The notes below the pieces were generated by a model, which was not told where the DNA came from, made no database searches, and was given only the letters and a program-made list of their open reading frames with translations. DNA of 64,000 nucleotides, from positions 5,642,001-5,706,000 of the forward strand of contig CM120641.1 of the NCBI GenBank assembly GCA_051362555.1. The letters are read 5' to 3'. Numbering within the stretch: the first letter of the stretch is position 1; every line of letters starts with the position of its first letter. Source of the stretch: Lingula anatina (lineage: Eukaryota > Animalia > Brachiopoda). The position numbers and the translations under genes are program-made. Of this stretch, positions 38,887 to 49,515 are shown piece after piece.

Positions 38887-41390
38887 AAAAAGAGAAAGAG
38901 ACTTTTGACATGAATGTCAGATAGAGAAAGACCAGTCACCAGACAGACACCCAGATGCAAACACATTCTATCCGAAAAGATGACAATGGGACAAACAAAG
39001 AAATGAAAGGTAAGGAAGAACCTTTCGATTTTTAAGATATTCGAGACCAGTTAGAAGATATCCACATGAAATTAGATATTACATGCAGTTCAGAGACAAC
39101 TAACAGAATTAAACAATAAACCAACTTCAGTTTCTGCTGGCCCAAACATCGATACATTCTTTGGCTTTTCCACGGAAAATGCACGATTATGGCTCACGAA
39201 GCTAAAAAATTACTGCAATTTAAATAAGTATTCCCCAGATAAGGAATTGAACGCTTTTATGCTATACATGAAAGGTCCTGCTGAAATATGGTTATCCAAA
39301 TTGCCTGACAAAAGAAAAACGAGTTATGATATCCTTAGAACTGAATTTCAAAACAATTTCGACAGGCAAATTTCAAAATGGACTAGAGAACACAAACTCT
39401 GGGAAAGAAAACAAAGAGAATGAATCTATTGAGGTTTATATTGTGGATATGTGACACCCTCTTTCTCTGCTTAATAAAAGCGCTGATGACAGACTCCTGT
39501 ATTTCGTGAGAGGGTTAGGGAACAAAATTAAACGTTTTGTCATTACACAGAACCCTTTCTCTTTAGAAGAAGCAGAGAATCATGCGAGACTAGGCTCAAT
39601 GATTGCAACTATACTGGTTGAGAAAGATAAGCCAGAGATTGTAACGTCTATCTCTGAAACTGAGAAAAATCTACAGCGAAGGGTGGAATAGCAAGAAAAA
39701 CTAATTGCTGACACTTGGCGGGATATCAGAGGAATAGGAAAACAACACTTTGCATAAAAGGTTTTATCACGAATACAAGACGGTAAAAAAAGTCATTGCT
39801 TATGCCGGGAGAGGTTTAAAAAGACACAAGAAAAATTATCCCATCACATAAAAGGATTAGCAGATGTACAAAGTATAAAATATTTCGATATTTACCTTAG
39901 GCATTCAAAATTCAAAGTCATCACAGACCATGATAGCCATAAATGATTATTGTCACAAAAACAACTGCGTGGAAGACTGTGTTGATGGATGACTTTGTCC
40001 TCCCTATTGAATACAGAAAAGGAAAATACATGCAAATGCAAACACGCTTAGCCGCCGCCCTTATGACATGGAAAACGATGAAGAATTAGACTTATACAAT
40101 CTTTTTGACCCAGCGCAGAGTTCGATTCCAAATGACACATGTTTGAACAAAACACGGACGTCAGATGCCATCTCAACTCTAAAAAGAGTGACAAAAGATC
40201 AGATAAGTGTGGAATACTTTTAGCAATTAAAGAAAAGACAAAGAAAACAGGTTGCTTGTTGAAATGTCAAGATTTCCAGTCATTTGTTTCAAAAGAAGAA
40301 TTGTTAAAACTCCAGCGTGAAGATATAACCTTGCGTCAATTATTGCGTACTTGACATCAGATGAACTACCACTTAGTAGCAAAGAAGCTCGAGGCTTGTT
40401 GTTAGAAATCGGAGATTACGTGATGATAGACGTTTTTTACGTCATATTTATGTCTCCAAACGAAGGAAATCGACCAAATCAGGTCATTTACAACTTGTAA
40501 TTCCAGACAAGCTGAAGTACAAAGTTTTGTCTAGTTTACACAATGATACCACAATTGGTCAGGGTGGTGTTAAAAACATATTTGGCATTAAGAATGAAGT
40601 ATATTTGGAGAGGTCAGTTTGCAGATGTTGTTGATTATGTGTGTTCTTGTGTTGAATGCTTGAAAAAGAAAAACCTTCCAAAAGATTTTAGGGTTCCATT
40701 GTTACCTTTGCCCTTGGAAGGCAGCTTTGATAGATTGTCTTTTGACTGGATAACATCTCTGCCAGTTACAAGTCGAGGGATTAAGAATTTGGTAACATTC
40801 ATGGACAGTTTAACTGGATGGCCGGAAGTGTTCCCGGTACCCAGCATTACAGCACCTACCATTGCAAGATTGCTTTTTGATGAAATAATATGTAGGCATG
40901 GGGTACCCAAAACTTTGTTAAGATTGTGAGTAAAGAAAATGATTTTAGCGTTGACTTCGAATAAAACTGCTACATTGCTGAAAAATAATAAAATAGTTTA
41001 TTCTTCCAGGCTAGATCAAGCAGTGGATGAAGATTTCGCTATGTTGTCATACCCTTCAATTTTCATTTCCCTACCAACTGTTATAATAACAATATCTGTT
41101 GTAACAGGAATTTTCTCTTTTTATTACTTTTACAGGGTGCGACAGTTGGCATACACTCTTGAAGTGACGAGCAGGATTCCACAAAACAGTGCCTCATATA
41201 TGGATATGTGTATGGACGACTGGGCAGTTTCGGTACATATTTACTTCACCAGGGCAAAAGCTGCTGTTAGTCATGAGGCAATACTGAAGGCATACAAGTT
41301 ACTGACACAAAAACTGAAGCAGCAAGAGAATCCATACATTCTTTCAATCATCATCGTCGCTGGAAGATTTTCGCAAAGACGTGGATGAAC
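38887..41390 (+). mobile_element. Decayed, internally deleted Ty3/Gypsy LTR retrotransposon
   Basis: Gag-like segment at ~39150-39690 (MKGPAEIWLSKLP), RNase H at ~39790-40050 (VIAYAGRGL, FKVITDH) and integrase at 40543-40929 (YVCSCVEC, FDRLSFDW, DSLTGWPEVFP, EIICRHGVPKTL). Many stops and frameshifts; the RT core was not seen. Confidence 0.88.
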
Positions 41391-41689
41391 AGAACCATGC
41401 GTTAGTCCCTGACACCTTCCTCACTAGAATGGTCTACGATGTATGTAGGACTGTTTGTGGCAAAAGTAACCAAGAATGAAGACAGGTTTTTAACTAGAGG
41501 ATCAGAGAGGCGATACCGCCTCCGAATATTGTACCACCAGCTGGAGCAAGCGCATTCGTATAGACCCCCACATACACAAAATAAGGGACACAGCCACTAG
41601 TTTTGTGCTTGACAAGCTGTAAAAATGCAATCAACAAGAATTTTTAAACTATTGCAAAAAATATATATGGTACAATCAAATTTAAGTTC

Positions 41690-44085
41690 TTCGTAAGGTA
41701 GGTCAAGGGTCAATTTCAAGGTCACAGTAAATTGCCAGTATATGACTTCCTATTCAAGTTCAAGAGTAACTATGGACCTATCTCTGTCAAGTTTGAAGTT
41801 AAAAGAGAAAGAAATTAGCAGAGTTCAGTTCATGATAAAAAGTAGGTCAAAGGTCAATTTCAAGGTCACATTTAGATTGCCAGTATATGACTTGCTATTC
41901 AAGTTCAATAGTAACTACGGACCTATCTCAGCCAGTTTTGGAGATAAAAGGAAAGCAAAATTTGCAAAATTCAGTTTATGGTGTAAAGTAGGTCAAAGGT
42001 CAATTTTAAGGTCACATTTAGATTGCCAGTATACAGGGATGCTAGTCTTCCGGTTTTTACCGGAATTCCGGTTTTTTTGCGTCCAGTTATAAAATTTTCT
42101 GGTACTATATTTTGTTCCGGAATTCTCGTTTTTAACGTGGTCGCGGACTGGACGAACGATGCGTCAGAGGAACGTCGCATTTCAACCATTGCGACAGAGC
42201 TGCGTTTCAACACAATATCTAGTCACAACCGTAGCACGTGATTTATTTATGGCGCTTGATTGGTTGGAAATGTAGGCTTTAATGTCGGCACCCATGTGGA
42301 AAGTTTTGACACCGCGTGCGCGGAATTTTGAACTAAACCAAACTAAATGGATTTCGCGGAGAGGGGAACAGACGATATTAGAAACATCGACATTACTGTC
42401 AAAAATAGATTTAGTTGGAGTTGGCTGGAGGAAAAGGACAATAATGACGATTTTTTTTCTACCTATGTTCGGAAGCGAAAGTCCCCCGGAGAAGCTTGGT
42501 GTGTATGGTGCAACGACGTGATCCGGTACGGAAGCAGTGGTAAAAAAGCTCTGAAAAACCATGCTAAAACAACTAAGCATGCCAAAGCACGTAGTTGTCT
42601 TTACACATTTTTGTTGCTTGGGCATTACCACGAAAGCCATTACCAATCTTTGAAAATGATAAATGAAAGGGATTAATATTTAGTGACTATCATTATCATG
42701 CTGGTGATTATCAAGCTTACGTGAGGGATCATTAGGCCTACTGTCTACTATGGGTGGTAGGTGTTCATGTACTGATGGCACTTCCATCTTGTCAATGTCA
42801 AGATTATCCTTGGAAACAACTGTTGAAAATTACCATGAAGTTGTGATGACATATATTGCAATATATTTATTAAATAAAATTTGAAATATAGTAATTGTTT
42901 CATAATCAATTTGTACCCCCCCCCCCCCCCCCCCCCGTCTTTGCCAAAAAAAAGTTCAGGTTTTCTTTCCGGACCCCACTAGCATCTCTGAGTATATGAC
43001 TTCCTTTTCAAGTTCAATAGTAACTACGGACCTATCTCAGCCAGTTTTGGAGATAAAAGGAAAGCAAAATTTGCAAAATTCAGTTTATGGTGTAAAGTAG
43101 GTCAAAGGTCAATTTTAAGGTCACATTTAGATTGCCAGTATATGACTTCCTTTTCAAGTTCAATAGTAACTATGGACCTATCTCTGCCAGTTTTGGAGAT
43201 AAAAGGAAAGCAAAATTTGCAAAGTTCAGTTCATGGTGAAAAGTAGGTCAAAGGTCAATTTCAAGGTCACATTTAGATTGCCAGTATATGACTTCCTATT
43301 CAACTTCAATAGTAACTATGGACCTATCTCAGCCAGTTTTGGAGATAAAAGGGAAGCAAAATTTGCAAAATTCAGTTCATGGTGAAAAGTAGGTCAAAGG
43401 TCAATTTCAAGGTCACATTTAGATTGCCAGTATATGACTTCCTATTCAAGTTCAATAGTAACTATGGACCTATCTCTGCCAGTTTTGGAGATAAAAGGGA
43501 AGCAAAATTTGCAAAGTTCAGTTTATGGTGAAAAGTAGGTCAAAGGTCAATTTTGAGGTCACATTTAGATTGCCAGTATATGACTTCCTATTCAAGTTCA
43601 ATATTCACTACGGACCTATCTCAGCCAGTTTTGGAGATAAAAGGAAAGCAAAATTTCCAAAATTCAGTTCATGGTGTAAAGTAGGTCAAAGGTCAATTTT
43701 GAGGTCACATTTAGATTGCCAGTATATGACTTCCTATTCAAGTTCAATAGTAACTACGGACCTATCTCAGCCAGTTTTGGAGATAAAAGGAAAGCAAAAT
43801 TTGCAAAATTCAGTTTATGGTGAAAAGTAGGTCAAAGGTCAATTTTAAGGTCACATTTAGATTGCCAGTATATGACTTCCTATTCAAGTTCAATAGTAAC
43901 TATGGACCTATCTCTGCCAGTTTTGGAGATAAAAGGGAAGAAAAATTTGCAAAGTTCAGTTCATGGTGAAAAGTAGGTCAAAGGTCACTTTCAAGGTCAT
44001 AGTAAGATTGCCAGTATATGACTTCCTATTCAACTTCAATAGTAACTATGGTCCTATCTCTGCCAGTTTTGGAGATATAAGGGAC
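41690..44085. repeat. 146-bp tandem (satellite) array, ~10 units, interrupted by a transposon
   Basis: GCCAGTATA anchor at 41734, 41879, 42025, then 43134, 43280, 43426, 43572, 43718, 43864 and 44010 (period 146). Confidence 0.95.
42034..42990 (+). mobile_element. Internally deleted hAT-like DNA transposon (957 bp), 6-bp TSD AGTATA
   Basis: TIR CAGGGATGCTAGT / ACTAGCATCTCTG, with AGTATA at 42028-42033 and 42991-42996. ORF 42347-42676 encodes a BED-like finger (WSWLE...AWCVWC...YGSSGKKALKNHAKTTKH) but no catalytic domain. Confidence 0.9.
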
Positions 44086-45144
44086 TAAATGTTATAATTT
44101 TGGAGTTACCATAATGTGCCTTAAATTTCGTACAGAAAAAATTAATTAAAATAAAGAAAATGTCATTTTGGTCAAAATTCTTGAAATAGGAGGTGCTCTG
44201 AAGTTTCAGAAGTTCAAATTTGATGAAATAATGTCATTTTTGAACACAAGTTGTCTGCTTTGCCAAGCCTTATGTTTTATTTTTCCAGAGTTCAAAATTT
44301 ATTATCCATTACCATACTGCACATTTTGCTTTTACCACCAATATGTACTTTTTGATACAGCGTAACTCGAAAACCGTATGGAATACAAAAAAACCGAGAC
44401 CACCTCCAGTGTTGGGCTTTACATGCTCTACAAAATGCAAAAAAGAATGGGTCTCTAGCATTAACGGTTCCCGAATTAGAGACAGTTTTCAGTTTCGGTA
44501 TCTTATGGCCGCTACTCCCGTGAAAATGCACCGATTGACCCCAAATTCATGGAGATGAAAGATGACCTGAAGGGTAACACCTTCCAATAATATTATTGGT
44601 TAAGTCTGTGTGGTGTTTGAATAACGGGGCAAAAAAAATTTTTTTCGTAAAAAATTTCATTTTTTTGAAAATTTTGGCCCATTTGACCTTGGAGTAAAGG
44701 TCAAAGGTCAAATCCAAGGGTATATTTGAAATCTACACATATGACTTTTGGAAAGCCGTCTATAGAAATTTTTCCCATAACTCCTTCCGTAGGGTAGATA
44801 ATTAGCATTTAATTTTGCCATTTTTAGACAAGGGTGCATTGCAATGAGTGCCACACCCAGACCCCAATACCGACTAAGCCCAAATTTTACGTGGAATGAG
44901 TTGAGATTATAGGTGACCTAAATCCATGAGATGGGTACGGGGGCCCTTACCGTCTAGGAGGAGAAGCGGTAACGGTAGCCGTCCGGCGGAGCCGGCGGAA
45001 CGATCCGGACGGGACCGAAACCATGTGTACCGCCAGCGCTAACGCTGGTGGTACAATTAAAAGTTGGAAATACGACAAGATTTAATAAAAAGCGTAACCT
45101 TTTTGCGAAAGATACGAACAGGGATGGACCCAAGAAACTGGTAA

Positions 45145-46475
45145 ATGGTCTGCCTGTTAAAGGTTTTTTTCTCAGTAAAAAGTGCACCTAATTTGTCGAT
45201 CATTGATGAGAAGAAAAACAAGTGTAACACTTACCAGTGCAGTGCTTGTCATAAGTTTGTTGAGGATGGTCACTCATGTTACATGCAAATTGAGAAAGAT
45301 ATCAGTGATAATGATGAAGACAATTTGCTTCATTACATCAATGAGAATGCTTCTGCCAATTTCATTGGGAAGATCGAACCTGGCTCAAAACGTCCTTTCA
45401 TATTTTTTCTTTATTTTGAGGCGCAACCATTGCATGTCCATACTCATAACCTTGTGGTCGCCCACTGTCTGAATTTAGACGTAACCCCTACCAGTACATG
45501 TGAACTATGTGGCTAAAATGGAAATGTGTTTAAGGCTCCAAATTGTGCTGATGATTTCTTTCAGTGGATATTTGAAGACCAGTTTTTTTGGTTAGAAACA
45601 GGGTAAAAGGAAAAGAATGACAAAGGTCGCTTGTGATAAACGGTGAAATGTGGGGGTCCAGAAGAATGCCTGAATGTCCAAATCCGTTGACAAACTGTGT
45701 GGATTTGATTCCAAACTTTAGTAATTATCGGTAATTAAATTATGTCCTGCTTTTAGAATCATGCCTTGGAACGTTGACCTTCCTGTGTTCAATGGCACCT
45801 GGGAAGCAGGTGTGGCAGTTGGTATTGACCCGGCACTAGGCGATGATAGGAAGCTACCAATCCACCAGCATGGTGCCCTGAGGACCGACGAGGACATAAA
45901 GAGCACCATAGGACTCACTCTACGGTGGGTGTGGGCCACGATGGTCGAAGGAAAGGCCCTGTCGGACGAAGCCATCAGTCTTTATATGAATTACGAATGT
46001 GGGGGTCCATCATTTCAGGAAGGTGATGATTACCACGTGGAGGATAATGATGGGGAAATGATCATACATTATGGAGCGGTGTTGCTGGTACACAATATGT
46101 CTGGTTACAGCAGGTTTTTCCTTCTGAAATGGCTCAAGGACCAGTGTATCACCCTTGAGGTGATACTAAGAGGCGCCAAAGTGCTTCCTATTAAGATGGG
46201 GAAAATTACCGTTTTAGATTCCTACAGCTTTCTCCCCATGGCGCTCAACAAACTCCCAGCCACATTTGGACTAGATGAATCCCTTACAATGGGTTATTTC
46301 CCTTACTTCTTTAACACCCCTGAAAATCAAGATTATGCGGGTAAGATGCCCAATTATATCACAGCTCTGACACAATGTCTTCTGGTCCGAGAGAAAATTT
46401 TTTTGCGGGGCATGATGAACAGGTCAGTCAAAACCAGCGTTTTGATTTACAAAAAGAAATACTCCGATACTGAAG
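45145..46475 (+). mobile_element. Polinton/Maverick protein-primed DNA polymerase B fragments (N-terminal/exonuclease region), pseudogenised
   Basis: CSACHKF..GHSCYMQ...FFLYFEAQ..H.HNLVVAH, and VHNMSGYSRFFLL...LDSYSFLPMALNKLPATFGL...GYFPYFFNTPENQDYAGKMP. Catalytic acidic residues are degraded and there are stops and frameshifts. Confidence 0.85.
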
Positions 46476-47249
46476 CTGTGGTCCACATAATTTCTAAAGC
46501 AAGCCGAGTGTGCTTGGGTGTCTGGACTTGGCTGGTTTTATCATGGCACCAGGATTGTGAGGCAACTCACACATTTGCCAATTAACTGAATTGATGAAAA
46601 TAAGGTCACTGAAACAGAATTTCAAAGTAAAAAAACTCAAAATTACTTTCACTCAGATCATAAAGATGTCAGTTCAAACAAACCAAAGTGAGGTCTGTCT
46701 TTGCTGCATACAGTTTTGAGTTTAGGGAAAAGGGTTACAGAAGAGTAGGGCTTAATGTAAATTTCAAGAAAGGACCTACTGCTGCTCAGGCATTACAGAG
46801 TTTGTACTCAACAGATCTTACTGTTTTTTATGTTTGAATTGTAGCACAGCCATTAGAAACGTGACCACCAAGAGAGAAGATTAAGATTTCATAACCACAG
46901 ATTCAAAGTTCAGAAAGATTAGAGAAATAGGCTCACAGGAAAAAAAATCCCAGCAACTCCTTCCAAAGATAATTACCAAATAAAGAAGACTTTTGGATAC
47001 AGAAGCAACAGAGCATGTGCAACACCTCTGTTTTAATATTATAAGGATAAGTTAATGTTAACTTGCAAATTAAATGATTTTTTACTTTCTAATTCTTATT
47101 CTTTTTTATGCTGTCAGTTATATTGTTCTTCATAGAATATAATAACCACAGCCTGAACAAAACTTGTTTTTTGATTGCCGTCATCATAACTATCAGCACT
47201 ACAGAAGAAACTGAATGTTAAAAATGTTTTCAAGACAACGGTTTCACAA

Positions 47250-47700
47250 CTGTTGCCAGGAAGTATACAGTCCCCAGCAACCCCACAAATGCTCCCAAGA
47301 ACACCCTCAATCTTCCAGTGGCTAGTTGGTTTTGGAGTATTTAAGGCTGTGTATGCACAGAAATTTCCATCTGAAACAGTTAACCTCATTGCTTACCAAA
47401 ACTGTATACTAGAAAATGTATACCAATAAAATCACAAATTGGCGTCTCTATGACGAATGGTTCTGGATGAAAAGGGCTGCCCTTAAATGCAAGTGGGAAG
47501 TCTGTGACAGTGTAATTCTTACAGAAATTGCATTTGTGACCATGGCTCCCCAAAACACTTTTCTCCTCCAAACCAAACCCACTTGCAATACATGGAATGC
47601 CGACAACTACTGCAACTTTCGCATCTGCAACTACTCCCACAGGTGTTCATCCTGTTTCAATCAATACCGCCAAACTGGCAACTCAGCAGCCTATTGAAAG
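47250..47700 (+). mobile_element. Ngaro/DIRS-type gag fragment with a Cys/His finger
   Basis: SIFQWLVGFGVFKAVYAQKFP..., NWRLYDEWF..KRA and CNTWNADNYCNFRICNYSHRCSSC. Frameshifted. Confidence 0.6.
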
Positions 47701-49515
47701 ACTAGGCATTTGGGTACAAGGGGCCCAATCTACGTCGAGTCAGCTTTACAAGAGCATCACACTCAACATACATCCAAAGAATCAAGCTGCCAATCGCCTC
47801 ATGGCTGACCTAAACAAGTATGTCGAGGCAGCACCTGCTCCAAGCACACACCACACTTATGATAAAATTGAATCTTTTTTACAAGACTTTTATGAACTGA
47901 CAGGCAATTCAGCTTTTCCTAATAATCCATCCCTTACGGCACTATTCTTCCAGTTTCTCAGTGAAAGATATAAAACAAGTTCCCTGTAAAGACCTGTAAT
48001 GGCAAAAAACTTAAGTGGTGAGCTCACCAGGACCTTGACTTAGTAAACGCACAAACAGAAGCAACAGAACAGTTAACATGTCTCAGGAACAATTTTAAGA
48101 GTTAATCAGGATATTAGCGTCTCACAGAAGAACGATAATTGGAGGCCGAGAGACAAGGCCTTGGAGGAGAGAAGAGAAGAGAGAGAGAGGACATTTTTTC
48201 ATAGCCATTATGCAATGATTTAATGTCAAAGATAAAGGAAGCACAGAACTATCAGTCTAACAAAGGAGACCAAAGATGAGTTGTAGGGATGAGATGTAGG
48301 GTTTTCAAATACCCCAAGAAACCCATAGCAAGGTACTTCACTTCAGCATCCCCATCTTCAGCTACTTTATGAAATAATAAAAGCAACTTGGGAGGGCTCA
48401 GTAATGAAGCAATTGCTGCTGGTGGAGCAACTAGAGACTTAGACTTCAGGAAACTAGGCCAGCTGTTTGACACCAGGGGAACAAAAGAGCCTGCGGGGAC
48501 TGGTAATTAAGATAGGGGCACTTCTGATCCCTTCCTCATATCCAAAGCTACAGTGAAACTTCATTACGACAATGGCGGCTTTGTTATATTCAAGCAAAGG
48601 TACAGCAAGGAATTGGTCAATGCCTCTCTGCAAAAGGGAATACAATGTGATTCTGGGTGACAAGAGGCCCCAGTTAGAAAACATAATACAGGCATAGTAC
48701 ATGGAGGCCAGCATGAAAATACTACACATAACACATCTCGTAAAGCCATAGTCAGAGGGTACATCTTCCTTTGTCATTTGTAAAGATATAAACCTCTGCA
48801 TTAAAAAATATAGAGAAGGCCAAAGGAAAACAAGCCATGCCAGGCAAGGTCAACAATCCAAGAAAAAAAACAGGATGAAAGCCAGTTCCATGCAATTTTT
48901 ATCAAATTTAAACACTCAAATAAAAGCATGTGAAATAACCATCAATAAATTAATTAAATAATTAATAAATTAACTGTCTGCTATCAGAAAATCATTCAAC
49001 ATGGAATTCTTTAAACATCTCCAACATAACTCTAATTAACCATTCACAATTTGTCAGAAATTTTCAATATTAACAGTTCCAAGTCAGCTTTGTATTACAG
49101 TACCAAGGACTCTATGATGTTTAATTCATTCACATGGACATCACACACTAAATACTGCATGCAGATGAAGCAGTGACAATCTCTGTATACTGCTTGTGTA
49201 ATAAGGGCTGCCAACTATACACAATAATGCATATTTCACATGTTCTTTGTTATTAATTCACTAGCATTACAAGTGTTATCATGTTGTGAACAACACAATA
49301 AAAACAATATTGGCAACCCTGAAAAATACAGTTTAAGCATGCAATACAAGACCTGAAATATGTAGGGCATGCAACCTTTGAGCTGAGAATTTCTCTTCTT
49401 TGGTCAGAAAACCTCATTCTTTGAGCAGCAAACACTGGGACAATGGCTGGACAAAGGGGAGCCTCCCTCAATCTTCATTCTTTTAATATTTACTTCCCAT
49501 TAAAGGGCTTGGAGC

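Larger units (their letters stand above)
41492..45060. mobile_element. Non-autonomous Helentron/HINE-like element with an internal satellite array
   Basis: Begins AACTAGAG after a T-run, with hairpin GAGGCG-ATAC-CGCCTC (41507-41522). A 14-bp sub-terminal inverted repeat pairs ATTGTACCACCAGC (41528-41541) with GCTGGTGGTACAAT (45044-45057). A terminal 13-bp hairpin lies at 45026-45055. Confidence 0.72.

Noticed and set aside
41690-44085. CRISPR-like array, or coding ORFs at 41742-42092 and 43525-43830
   Set aside because: Units are contiguous full-length repeats with no unique spacers, in a eukaryotic context. The ORFs are by-products of the satellite.
47597-48801. ORFs 47597-47989 (+) and 48454-48801 (-) as host genes
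   Set aside because: No recognisable domains or supported exon structure. They lie between a TE fragment and the PPP2R3C 3' region.
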